Of a stretch of 64,000 nt of DNA, positions 19,417-28,551 are shown piece by piece. The translations under genes and the position numbers were made by a program. Source of the DNA: an uncultured Holophaga sp. (lineage in GTDB: Bacteria; Acidobacteriota; Holophagae; Holophagales; Holophagaceae); NCBI GenBank assembly GCA_963664825.1, contig OY761614.1, forward strand, positions 3,410,697 through 3,474,696, read 5' to 3'. The notes below the pieces were generated by a model. It searched no databases, was not told the DNA's origin, and saw nothing but the letters and a program-made list of their open reading frames with translations. Within the stretch, counting starts at the first letter, position 1. Every line of letters begins with the position of its first letter.

Positions 19417-21078
19417 CTAGGGCTCCTTGATCGAGGAGGCCGCCTTCGGTTCCGGCTTCAGGTTCGCCCCGGCCTTCTCCAGGCGTTTTTCCGAACTCTC
19501 GCGCTGGGTGGCGATCTGATCGGAATCCTCGATCAGGGTGGGCGTGATGAAGATCGCCAGTTCCGTGGTGGCCTTGGCCTTCTCCTTTTTCGTGAAGAGG
19601 TTGCCCAGGATGGGGATCTTGCGGATCCAAGGCACGCCGCGATCATCCACGGCCTCCTTGCTACGGATGATGCCGGCCAGCACGAGCGTCTCGCCGCTCC
19701 GCAGCCGCACCACCGCATCCAGATCCCGCCGGTCCACCACGGGCAGGGTGGCGGAGGCGCCGCCGGAATTGCCCACGCCCTGGACCACCAGGCTGCGCAC
19801 GGTGACGATCTCGGAAATGCTCGGATTCACCGCCAGGGTCACGGTGTTGTCGTCGGAGATCTGGGGCAGGATATCGAGCACGATGCCCACGGGCACGATC
19901 ATGGGGGTGATATTGACGGTGGTGGAAAAGCCCCCGGCGCCCCCGGTACCCGTGGTCTGGCTGTTCTGCAGGAAGAAGGCCTCCTCCCGCACCACCCTCA
20001 GGATGGCCTTCTGGTTGTTCATGGTGGAAATGCGGGGAGCGCTGAGCACCTGAAGGCGCCCCTCGCTGGCCAGGGCCGAAAGGGTGGCCGAGATGCGGGC
20101 GTTCTGGATCACCAGCTTGGCCAGGCCCTGGGTGCTGGAATCCACATTGGCGTTATTGGTGGCGCCGGTGGCGAAGGTGCCCAGGATATTCGTGCCGCTC
20201 CCCCCGGAGGCCGCGCCCTTGCTCAGCACGCTATTCCAGTCCACGCCGATCTGGCTATCGTTGCTCAGCGTCACTTCCACGATGCGCGCTTCCAGCAGCA
20301 CCTGGCGATGGTTCCGGCGGCGGAGTTCCTGCAGGTAGGATTCCACCCGCTTTTGGGTTCCGGGATCGGCCCCCACCACCACCAGCCCGGAATCGGGATG
20401 GATCATGAGCGTCTTCCCGCCCCGGGAGAAGGCCAAAGAATTGGGACCCTTGATCGCCGTTCCCCCCTCGGTAGCGCTCTCGGGGCCGAGGGTTTCCCCG
20501 AAGACCAGGGTGGTGAGACCCGAGCGGATCTCCTCCCAGGGATCGAAACCGTTGCCGGTCTTCAGCGTGGAGGTATAGGCCGAGGAACTGCCGGATCCCT
20601 CCCCGCCGCCTCCGCCTCCCGTGCCTCCGCTCCCCCCTGCACTGCCGCCCGTGGAGCCGCCGCCTGTGGACTGGATGAGCTGGCCCGAGGCGTTCACCAT
20701 GAATTCCTTGGAACCCATCCGCCGCATGGCCAGGTGATCCACCTGGTAGAAGCGGAGGCCCCCTTCGGATTTCTGGATGTGGATGGTGCGTCCGGTCTTC
20801 ACGTAGCCCAGGCCCAGGTTCGGCAGGATCTGATCGAGGATCTCCTGGAGGGTGACCCCCTTGAGGTCCAGCCCCTTGATGCGCGTCTCGATATCGGCCT
20901 CGAAGGTGAGGTTGAAATCCGTGTCCTCGGCGGCAGCCCGCAGCAGATCCTTCAGATCGGCGTCCCGCACGGAGAGCGTGACCCGGCGCGGCGAAGCCGG
21001 GGTCCCGCTGGGCGCCTTCTGAGAGGCCAGGGGCATCCCGCAGAGGAGGGGCAGGAGGAAGAGGGCGAGCTGTTTCAT
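19417..21078 (-). CDS. Secretin (MshL/PilQ/GspD-like) with Gly/Ser-rich linker
   Basis: Signal peptide, STN-like N-domain, QVLLEARIVEV, LSAPRISTMNNQKA, GVPWIRKIPILGNLF, ELAIFITP. Confidence 0.93.
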   Translation of the reverse strand: MKQLALFLLPLLCGMPLASQKAPSGTPASPRRVTLSVRDADLKDLLRAAAEDTDFNLTFEADIETRIKGLDLKGVTLQEILDQILPNLGLGYVKTGRTIHIQKSEGGLRFYQVDHLAMRRMGSKEFMVNASGQLIQSTGGGSTGGSAGGSGGTGGGGGGEGSGSSSAYTSTLKTGNGFDPWEEIRSGLTTLVFGETLGPESATEGGTAIKGPNSLAFSRGGKTLMIHPDSGLVVVGADPGTQKRVESYLQELRRRNHRQVLLEARIVEVTLSNDSQIGVDWNSVLSKGAASGGSGTNILGTFATGATNNANVDSSTQGLAKLVIQNARISATLSALASEGRLQVLSAPRISTMNNQKAILRVVREEAFFLQNSQTTGTGGAGGFSTTVNITPMIVPVGIVLDILPQISDDNTVTLAVNPSISEIVTVRSLVVQGVGNSGGASATLPVVDRRDLDAVVRLRSGETLVLAGIIRSKEAVDDRGVPWIRKIPILGNLFTKKEKAKATTELAIFITPTLIEDSDQIATQRESSEKRLEKAGANLKPEPKAASSIKEP

Positions 21079-21686
21079 GGGGCCTCCACGGCGGATCGGG
21101 TCGAGGGCCCGGAATGATGGAGCGGATTGGTGGAGAGGATGGTCTTGCCCTTGGGGCCCTGAAGCTCGACGGAGGTGGACCCGATGGCCCCCACCTTGAG
21201 CGGCTGGCCGGGGACGTTTTCACCGGAACGATAGGGACGGCCATCGAGCCAGGCCCTGGACCCCGCGGGACCCCGGATCAGGAAATCGAGCCCCGGGGCC
21301 GGGCCCGTGGGAGTCGCGGCCACTAGCGATTTCGGTTTTGGATCGGCCGTGGGCCGGGGCTCATGCACGCCCGCAGGGGCGGGGAGCGCCACGTCCAGGG
21401 TGGGGCTCGGAAGGGCGCTGGCGGTGGAACGCCGGGCCTGATCCCGGAAACCATTCTCGTCGGCCAGGGCGGGAGGAGGCGCGGCGAATTTCCGCAGATC
21501 CTCCCAGAGATCGGCGCCCTCGGTTTTGGTTTGAACGGGAGGCGCTTCGGCCGCAGGCGGGGCCTCCGGGGCCACGGGCGCGGGCGCCGGTGCCGTGCGC
21601 AGATTCAGGTAGACCACGCCCAGGGCCGCCACACCGAGGAGCGGCAGGATCCAGGCCTTGTTTTTCTCGATGAAGGACACGCTCAC
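21075..21686 (-). CDS. Membrane-anchored Pro-rich pilus assembly protein (MshK/PilP-like position)
   Basis: N-terminal TM helix, Pro/Ala linker, small beta domain; translationally coupled within the operon. Confidence 0.6.
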   Translation of the reverse strand: MSVSFIEKNKAWILPLLGVAALGVVYLNLRTAPAPAPVAPEAPPAAEAPPVQTKTEGADLWEDLRKFAAPPPALADENGFRDQARRSTASALPSPTLDVALPAPAGVHEPRPTADPKPKSLVAATPTGPAPGLDFLIRGPAGSRAWLDGRPYRSGENVPGQPLKVGAIGSTSVELQGPKGKTILSTNPLHHSGPSTRSAVEAP

Positions 21687-21687
21687 C

Positions 21688-22296
21688 TCAAGGGGCTAAG
21701 ACGAGATTTCGCAGGAGGAGATACTGCCGCAGGCCCTTGGGATCGGCCTCCCAGCGCAGGCCAATGGGCTCCAGCAGGGGCTCCATGCGGGGCACATCCT
21801 CCAGGGCCCGGAAGAGCTGGGGTGTCGGCCCCTCCACCCGGGCCTCCAGCACCCAGCCCTGAAGCCGCCCCTGGCTGCCTCCCACCCTGGACAGGGAGGG
21901 ACCGGAAGCCAAGAGGGCAGGCAGTGTGAAGCTGCCCTGGATGGGATCCCAGGAGGAGCGCACCCCCGCCAGGCTGATCCCGGAGCGCCGACAGGTCTGC
22001 TGGAGTTCCGTGATCACCCGGTGGTAGTGGCCGAGGCGAGCCCCGTCCTGGGCCACCAGGGGAATCCGGCGCTGCCAAGGGGCCTCGGGATCCTCGAGGA
22101 CCCTGCGTTCCTCGGCATTCAGGGGTTGGACGGCGGGCAGTTCCTGAACGCGCTGATCGGCCACCCGCTGCCGCTCCAGGTAGGCGCGATCCCGCTTGAG
22201 GGAAGGCAGCAGGAATAGCCCGATGAAGAGGGCGGGGACGGCGCCGAACACGGCGACGAGGATGGCCCATTCCCTGGACCGGCCGTTCTGCTTCAT
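21688..22296 (-). CDS. PilO/GspM-like inner-membrane assembly protein
   Basis: Single N-terminal TM helix plus coiled coil; operon position. Confidence 0.55.
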   Translation of the reverse strand: MKQNGRSREWAILVAVFGAVPALFIGLFLLPSLKRDRAYLERQRVADQRVQELPAVQPLNAEERRVLEDPEAPWQRRIPLVAQDGARLGHYHRVITELQQTCRRSGISLAGVRSSWDPIQGSFTLPALLASGPSLSRVGGSQGRLQGWVLEARVEGPTPQLFRALEDVPRMEPLLEPIGLRWEADPKGLRQYLLLRNLVLAP

Positions 22297-23699
22297 GGCG
22301 CCGTGCCCTCCAGCTTGAAGCGCGTGACGGCCCTCTGCTCGGGCTTGTCCGTGCTGGGATCCACGCGATCGGAAACACTCATTTCCGAGAGGGGCGCCAG
22401 GACCAGCCCCGGCTCATGGGCCAGGGCGCCGACATACTGGGCCAGGGGCCCCACGGAGAAGGCCTTCTCCGTGAAGGCCAGGCCCGTCACGGTGAAGCGA
22501 TGTCCCACCCGGTCCCCGGGGATTTCGAAGACTTCCACCTTCTCGAGCTGGATATCCTTGGGCGCTTCCAGCAGGAGGACCCCGAGGCGAGCCAGCGTCC
22601 GGGCGGCCTCCAGCTGCCGACGCTCGGCCGCCCGCAGGCGCAGCAGGGGAATCCGGGCCTGGATGATGCGCCCTTCCTCGGTGGTCCGGGCCTCACGCTC
22701 CGCCAACCGCTGTTCCGCGTCTTCGGCGGCCTTCCGGAAATGCTTCTCCTGGGCCGAGAGGAAAAATCCCCCGGCCAGGATCAGCGTACCCATGAGGCTG
22801 GCCGCGATCCAGACCGTGCCCTGGAAGATCCGCAGCCGGATGGCATCCTGGATCTCCTGGGGCACCAGATTGAGACCCTCCCGCCGCCCCCGCTCCAGGC
22901 GAATGCCCTGTTGCAGCACAGGCCACAGCTCGGGCGCGAGCACCTGCACCGCCAGCCTCAGGCCCCCCTGCAGGCGGCTGCTGAGCGCCGCGTCCAGCGC
23001 CGGCACCCCCAGCACCCAGAGGGTTTCGAAGGTGGCGCCCCGCTGCTTCTGCTTGTGGAACTGCAGCAGGCGGCTGACCTCCTCGAAGATCAATTCCGCG
23101 GCCTCTTCACTCGTTTCAGGCAGGCGGAATTTCCGCACCAGCACCAGCGCGCGGCCCCGGAAGATGAGGATATGGCCCTCCACCCCGGGCTCCAGGGCCA
23201 GCACCAGGCGGTTGGGAGGCAGGGCGCCGCAGGACTCCATGCCGCAGAGCAGGGCCCGCTGGAGGGGAATGGCATGGACCAGCTGGAGGCCCGCAGCCCC
23301 CAGGGCGCCCGCCCAATCGTAGAGATCGGCCTGGGGCACCATCGCCACCCACAGGGAATGGCCGCCCTCCGCGGCCGGGTCTCCATCCAGGGCGGCGGCC
23401 GAAGCCAGGGCCTGACCTTCGACCATGGCGGTGCGCGCCGCGACATCCCGCTGTTCGCGGCGGCTGAGATAGGGCGCGTCCTGGCATTCCACCGTGACGC
23501 TCTGCTGCCCCAGCAGGAGCTGCACCTCGGCGCCAGGGGCGGCCAGCTCCCGGAGGGCCGAGGCCCAGGCCGCCCGGCGTTCGGGGCCAGGCTTCGCTTC
23601 CGGAAGCGTGCCCAGGACCTTGCCATCGGGAGCCCGCAGCAGGGCCCCCCGATCATCGATCTGGAGCGTGAGGGCGGATTTGGGGGGGCGAGGAGACAT
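22293..23699 (-). CDS. PilM-PilN/GspL-like fusion protein
   Basis: Cytoplasmic N-domain (EEVSRLLQF), one TM helix, periplasmic coiled coil and PilN-like domain; operon position. Confidence 0.55.
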   Translation of the reverse strand: MSPRPPKSALTLQIDDRGALLRAPDGKVLGTLPEAKPGPERRAAWASALRELAAPGAEVQLLLGQQSVTVECQDAPYLSRREQRDVAARTAMVEGQALASAAALDGDPAAEGGHSLWVAMVPQADLYDWAGALGAAGLQLVHAIPLQRALLCGMESCGALPPNRLVLALEPGVEGHILIFRGRALVLVRKFRLPETSEEAAELIFEEVSRLLQFHKQKQRGATFETLWVLGVPALDAALSSRLQGGLRLAVQVLAPELWPVLQQGIRLERGRREGLNLVPQEIQDAIRLRIFQGTVWIAASLMGTLILAGGFFLSAQEKHFRKAAEDAEQRLAEREARTTEEGRIIQARIPLLRLRAAERRQLEAARTLARLGVLLLEAPKDIQLEKVEVFEIPGDRVGHRFTVTGLAFTEKAFSVGPLAQYVGALAHEPGLVLAPLSEMSVSDRVDPSTDKPEQRAVTRFKLEGTAP

Positions 23700-23702
23700 G
23701 GG

Positions 23703-24497
23703 TCAGAAGTAGAAGGTCAGGGTTTGGGTTGAGCCAGGAGGCATGTAGAGAGACTGGTACTGATCCGGCTTACTTGGAACCGTCACTTTCACCAGGACTT
23801 GGCCGGGAGGAATCGTGCTTGTAAATGTGTATAGCTGCGCGACAGAAGTAGAAGGCGAGATGGATCTCACCGCTAGATAGTCCGGCACCAAGGCCACCAC
23901 GGTGGCCGTGGGCGGAAGGGCTGGTGGCACAGCATTGACGTTCACGCTAAGGGTTCCATTTGAGAAGCCAACGGCCGGAACCGGATAGGCCAGATCGTCC
24001 CCAAGAATGGCGGCACTGTTGTTCGTGTTGTTTACACCATTCGAACCCAAACAAAGAATTTGCCAACCCTGGGCCGGGGCGTTCCGAATGATGTAGGGAC
24101 GTCCCCAGGGATCGGTCGGTTGCCCCGCTGCGCTCACGTTTCCGGACCAGTAAGGCCCGCGCCAGCCTCCGCTTAGCATGTCATACGGAGGCGCATAGGC
24201 CGCATAGGCTCTCACCCTAGCGGGTCGACGCACCAACCATCCGAGGGTGTTGAGGGCACCGGCATACCCAAAATCCGTCCTCATGCACGGGCTCGAAGGG
24301 TCCGCACTCCCGAACAGGGCCGAGTAGATCAGCTTCATTTCACTGCGAGCGCGTTGCTCCCTCTGCTGATTGAGCGCCTTCAGCACGAGGGGCGCGGCGG
24401 CGGAGGCCAGGATGGCGATGATGGCGATGGCCACGGCCGCTTCGATGAGCGAGAAGCCCTCCGCCATCCTGCTTGTGTTCCTACTTGGCCGAGGCAT
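23703..24497 (-). CDS. Type IV pilin/pseudopilin (GspG-like with C-terminal extension)
   Basis: G|FSLIE prepilin site, hydrophobic helix, WRGPY and DPWGRPY motifs. Confidence 0.88.
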   Translation of the reverse strand: MPRPSRNTSRMAEGFSLIEAAVAIAIIAILASAAAPLVLKALNQQREQRARSEMKLIYSALFGSADPSSPCMRTDFGYAGALNTLGWLVRRPARVRAYAAYAPPYDMLSGGWRGPYWSGNVSAAGQPTDPWGRPYIIRNAPAQGWQILCLGSNGVNNTNNSAAILGDDLAYPVPAVGFSNGTLSVNVNAVPPALPPTATVVALVPDYLAVRSISPSTSVAQLYTFTSTIPPGQVLVKVTVPSKPDQYQSLYMPPGSTQTLTFYF

Positions 24498-25695
24498 TGA
24501 CGCTCCCAATCAGGGTGTAGATGGGCAGGAGGATGCTCATGGCCACGAATACGAGCACACCGGCCAGAACCACCAGGATGAGGGGCTCCAGGAGCTGGAA
24601 GAAGCGCTTGATGCCGCTTCTCACCTCGGCGTCGAAGTAGGTGCTCACCTTGCCGAGGGTGGCCTCCAGGTTGCCCGCCTCTTCGCCGATGGCCAGCATG
24701 CGCACCACCAGGGCCGGGAAATAGCCCACGGAGGCCGCCATCACAGCCAGGCGCTCGCCGGCTTCCACCCCTTCGCGGATGCGCCGCACGCAGAGGCCCA
24801 GGCGCGCGTTGCCGGTGATCTCCTGGCATTCCCTCAGCACCTGGACGATGGGGATGCCCGCCCGGTACTGACCGGCGAAAAAGGTGGCGAAGCGGGAGAG
24901 GCCCATGCGGGTGATGAGCGCGCCCAGCAGGGGCATGTGGAGCAGCCGGGTATCCCACCAGAGGCGGAAATCCGGTTTACGGAGGGCCACCTTCATCCCG
25001 AAAAATCCGCCGACGCCCAGCGCCGCCACCAGCCATCCCCAGGTGGCGATGCCCTGCCCCAACAGGATGAAGATCCGCGTGGGCAGCGGCATGGGGACAT
25101 TGAGCTCCTGGAGCATCTTGAGGATCACCGGCAGGGCGAAGGTGCTGACCACCAGCACCACCAGGCCCACCACCCCCAGCACGATCATGGGATAGGTGGC
25201 GGCCTGCTTGACCTGGCCGCTGAAGTCCTCCTCCCATTCCACCAGATGGATCACCTCCCGAATGGATTCGTCCAGACGGCCACTGCTTTCCCCGGCGCGG
25301 ATCATGCTCACCTGCAGCGGCTTGAAGAGGCTGGGATAGGTCCCCAGGGCGTCGGAGAGGGTCGACCCGCCTTCGATGCGCCGCCGGATATCCTGGATGG
25401 CGGCGTCCACCGCCGGATGTTCGGGCACGCGATAGTCCTCCAGGGCCGCCAGCAGGGGCACACCCGCCTCCACGTAGGATCCGAGGTGCATGAAGAAGGC
25501 GATGAGCTCCTTCCGCTTGACCTTGGGCCCCCGGAAACCCGAAGAGGTTCCAATCTCCTGGACCAGCTCGGCCTTCACCAGGAAAACCCCGGCCTGGGCC
25601 AGTTCCCGCGCCAGGGCAGCGGGCCCCTCGGCCACCTGGATGCCCCGGAGGCGCTTCCCGTCCGCGCCGCGAGCCTGGTAGGCGAAGGAGGGCAT
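24481..25695 (-). CDS. PilC/GspF platform protein
   Basis: MPSFAYQA start, AGVPLL, GESSGRL, YPMIV, IGEEAGNL, LLEP. Confidence 0.93.
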   Translation of the reverse strand: MPSFAYQARGADGKRLRGIQVAEGPAALARELAQAGVFLVKAELVQEIGTSSGFRGPKVKRKELIAFFMHLGSYVEAGVPLLAALEDYRVPEHPAVDAAIQDIRRRIEGGSTLSDALGTYPSLFKPLQVSMIRAGESSGRLDESIREVIHLVEWEEDFSGQVKQAATYPMIVLGVVGLVVLVVSTFALPVILKMLQELNVPMPLPTRIFILLGQGIATWGWLVAALGVGGFFGMKVALRKPDFRLWWDTRLLHMPLLGALITRMGLSRFATFFAGQYRAGIPIVQVLRECQEITGNARLGLCVRRIREGVEAGERLAVMAASVGYFPALVVRMLAIGEEAGNLEATLGKVSTYFDAEVRSGIKRFFQLLEPLILVVLAGVLVFVAMSILLPIYTLIGSVNASAK

Positions 25696-27362
25696 CAGCC
25701 TTCCTCGGCCATGGTGGCCTGGAGGGATTCTTCGAGAGTGGTGAGGCCCTGCTGGGCCAGGGAGAGGGCGTGTTCGAAGAGGCTGGTCTTGCCTTCCTTC
25801 CGGGCCAGGGCCTCGATCTCGGCGAGGCCGGCCCCGGAGGCGATGAGTTCCCGGATGGAGGGGCTGACGAAGAGGAGATCGTGGATAGGACGACGGCCCC
25901 GGATGCCCGTATGGCCGCAGAGTTCGCAGCCCTGCCCCTTTTCCCACGTGCCCACGCGCTGGTGGGGCTTGAGCCGGGCCAGGGATTCCGGGTCGGGCTC
26001 GTAGGGCTGGGAACAGGCCTGGCAGTTCACCCGCAGCAGCCGCTGGGCGAGAACGCCCTGGAGCGCCGCCGCCAGCTCAAGCCGGGAAAGGCCCATGTCC
26101 TGGAGCCGCGGCAGGCTGGCCACGGGATCGTTGGTATGGAGGGTGGAGAGCACCATGTGTCCGGTCATGGCCGCCCGCACGGCGATGGAGGCGGTCTCCC
26201 CGTCGCGAATCTCGCCGATGAGGATGATATCGGGGTCCTGGCGCAGGATGGAGCGCAGCCCGGCGGCGAAGGTGAGGCCCGATTTCACGTTCACCTGCAC
26301 CTGAGTGATGAGGGGGAGTTCGTACTCGACGGGGTCCTCGATGGTCACGATGCAGCGATCGGAGCCATTGATGCTATTGAGGGCCGAATAGAGGGTGGTG
26401 GTCTTGCCGCTGCCCGTGGGCCCGGTCACCAAGATCACGCCATGGGGCCGGGTGAGCAGGGTGCGGAACTGGTTGAAGACCCATTCGGGCATGCCGAGCT
26501 GATCGAGGCCCAGCACGAGTTTGGTCTTATCCAAGAGGCGCAGCACCACCTTCTCGCCGTGGGTATTGGGCAGGAAGCTGGCGCGCACATCGAAGCGGCG
26601 CCTGCCGAAGGCGTACTGGAACTTGCCGTCCTGGGGCAGCCGGGTCTCGGCGATATTGACTTCGGCCAGGATCTTGAGTCGCGCCGTGACGGAAGCCTGC
26701 ACGGCCTTGGGCAGCGAAGGCCCCTGCTGGAGGGTGCCATCCACCCGGAAGCGCGTGAGCACGGTGCGTTCCCCGGGCTGCACATGGAGATCGGTGGCGC
26801 GATCCCGGGCGGCCTTGAGCAGGAGCTGGTCCACGAGGCGCACCACGGGCAGCTCCGCCTGGGCGTCCTTGGCGTCCCCCACGGCGGCCTGGATGGCCTC
26901 CTCGATGACTTCCTCGATGGACTTCCGTTCGCCGTAGGCCTCGTTGATCTTGGTCTGGATATCGTCCTCGGCGGCCCCCTTCACCTTCACTCGCAGGCGC
27001 GTCAGGCTCTCGATCTCGGAGATCGCATCGATATCGTAGATATTGCCCATGGCCACCAGCAGATCCCCATCCTCCCGGGATATGGGCAGCACCGAGAGGC
27101 GGCGGGCCACGGATTCGTGGACCAGGGCCAGCACCTCCGGATCGATCTCCAGCTCGGAGAGTTCCACATAGGAAACGCCACCCTGCTCGGCCAGCACGGC
27201 CGAAAGGGTCTGGGCCGTCAGGAGCCCCAGCTGGGTGAGGATCTCCCCCAGCATGGCCCCTGTGCGCTTCTGCTCGCGCACCGCCAGTTCCAGCTGGCGC
27301 TCGGTGAGGACGCCCCGTTCCACCAGGCGCTCGCCCAGCATTCTGCGGGGAGGTTCAGCCAT
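25695..27362 (-). CDS. PilB/GspE/MshE assembly ATPase with MshEN-like N-terminus
   Basis: GPTGSGKTTT, TIEDPVEY, LRQDPDIILIGEIRD, STLHTN, CxxC...CxxC. Confidence 0.95.
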   Translation of the reverse strand: MAEPPRRMLGERLVERGVLTERQLELAVREQKRTGAMLGEILTQLGLLTAQTLSAVLAEQGGVSYVELSELEIDPEVLALVHESVARRLSVLPISREDGDLLVAMGNIYDIDAISEIESLTRLRVKVKGAAEDDIQTKINEAYGERKSIEEVIEEAIQAAVGDAKDAQAELPVVRLVDQLLLKAARDRATDLHVQPGERTVLTRFRVDGTLQQGPSLPKAVQASVTARLKILAEVNIAETRLPQDGKFQYAFGRRRFDVRASFLPNTHGEKVVLRLLDKTKLVLGLDQLGMPEWVFNQFRTLLTRPHGVILVTGPTGSGKTTTLYSALNSINGSDRCIVTIEDPVEYELPLITQVQVNVKSGLTFAAGLRSILRQDPDIILIGEIRDGETASIAVRAAMTGHMVLSTLHTNDPVASLPRLQDMGLSRLELAAALQGVLAQRLLRVNCQACSQPYEPDPESLARLKPHQRVGTWEKGQGCELCGHTGIRGRRPIHDLLFVSPSIRELIASGAGLAEIEALARKEGKTSLFEHALSLAQQGLTTLEESLQATMAEEG

Positions 27363-27395
27363 CCAACGTCTCCTGAATATACTTCACGATACAAC

Positions 27396-27420
27396 AAAGG
27401 CCCGCGTCGCACGGGCCTTT
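27396..27420 (-). terminator. Rho-independent terminator after the major pilin gene
   Basis: AAAGGCCCG-N7-CGGGCCTTT followed by GTTGT on the minus strand. Confidence 0.65.
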
Positions 27421-27438
27421 GAGACGAAGAGAGCGCCG

Positions 27439-28095
27439 TTAGTTCACGCGGACGACGATATCGTCCTGGGAGAGCGCCACATTGGCATTCCATCCCGTCG
27501 TGGCGATGGGGCCGAGGCCGCCGTTCCAATTGGCGGTCGCGATGGAACCGTCAGGCCCTGCGCAGAGCACATAGATGGGCAGGCTGCCCGTCTGGCCCGC
27601 GTTGTTGTAGCCCAGGATCAGATAGCGAAAGCCCCAGGGATCGAGTTTGGCGGTCACGTCCTGGGCCAGATAGGGGCCCTTGTAAGCGAATTCGCTTCCC
27701 ACCGTCACACCCGCACCCGCCCCGAAGAAGAGGGCCTGGGTCTGGGCCACTGTGCCGGCGTAGGTGAACAGGTTGGTGAAGGTGTTGGCGGCCACTGATC
27801 CGGTCGCGTTGGTGGGGAATGAGACCAGGGTGGCAGGTCCCGAGGCCCAAACCTGGCCTGCGGCGGCGGTGGCGCCGTTGGGACCGTTCGCAGCGAAGGG
27901 CCGACGGCCCGTGTCCTTGAGCTGGCTGGCGATGGCGCCTGCGATCACCTGGATATCGTTGCGGGCGCGGGCCACGCGGGCGTCATTGAGATTCTTGACC
28001 ACCAGGGGCACGATGATGCCCGAGAGGATGGCTACGACCGCGATGGCCACAGCGGCCTCGATGAGGGTGAAGCCCTGAGTTTTGGTTCGAGTCAT
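27439..28095 (-). CDS. Major type IV pilin/pseudopilin
   Basis: MTRTKTQG|FTLIE prepilin motif; YKGPYL, DPWGFRY; own promoter and terminator. Confidence 0.9.
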   Translation of the reverse strand: MTRTKTQGFTLIEAAVAIAVVAILSGIIVPLVVKNLNDARVARARNDIQVIAGAIASQLKDTGRRPFAANGPNGATAAAGQVWASGPATLVSFPTNATGSVAANTFTNLFTYAGTVAQTQALFFGAGAGVTVGSEFAYKGPYLAQDVTAKLDPWGFRYLILGYNNAGQTGSLPIYVLCAGPDGSIATANWNGGLGPIATTGWNANVALSQDDIVVRVN

Positions 28096-28120
28096 GAAAG
28101 TGCCTCCGAGGGAGTGCCGA

Positions 28121-28136
28121 AGCAACATGGATACCA
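28121..28136 (-). promoter_or_regulatory. Sigma54 (-24/-12) promoter of the pilin gene
   Basis: Minus strand TGGTATCCATGTTGCT = GG-N10-GC with TTGC. Confidence 0.7.
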
Positions 28137-28242
28137 AAGGAATCGGCTCAAAGGGAGAATGCCTTGAGCCCAAGGTCCGGTTCCCGCCGGAGGCCCTGGA
28201 TAAATTTCCCTGCCCCAGCTACCATAATCCTTGCGATCCACC

Positions 28243-28317
28243 GCGGGCGTAGTTCAGTGGTAGAACGTCAGCTTCCCAAGCTGAATGTCGACGGTTCAAT
28301 CCCGTTCGCCCGCTCCA
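28243..28317 (+). tRNA. tRNA-Gly (CCC)
   Basis: Cloverleaf: acceptor GCGGGCG/CGCCCGC, anticodon arm TCAGC-TTCCCAA-GCTGA, GGTTCAATCC T-loop, encoded CCA. Confidence 0.97.
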
Positions 28318-28323
28318 ATAGGC

Positions 28324-28345
28324 AAGGCCCCCTTTCGGGGGCCTT
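28324..28345 (+). terminator. Hairpin downstream of tRNA-Gly
   Basis: AAGGCCCCC-TTTC-GGGGGCCTT. Confidence 0.65.
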
Positions 28346-28551
28346 CGACGTTTGGGCGAACGGGATTGAAATCGCTGAGAGGCTGGGGGGCTGGCTCGGA
28401 CCTTCGGTCCTCGCCCCTACGGGGCCGCAATCCGTGGTCCTATCCTCCCTTCGCTGCGCTGTGGTCGGATGGTGACACCCCCGGACCAGTGGCCTGCCAG
28501 CGATGCGCGCGGCGGAGGAATCCCCTTCGCCTTGATTCGGAACAAGGCAAC

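Noticed and set aside
28243..28400. tRNA-Gly as the integration site of an island
   Set aside because: No integrase and no direct repeat of the tRNA 3' end seen in the window; flanking genes look core.
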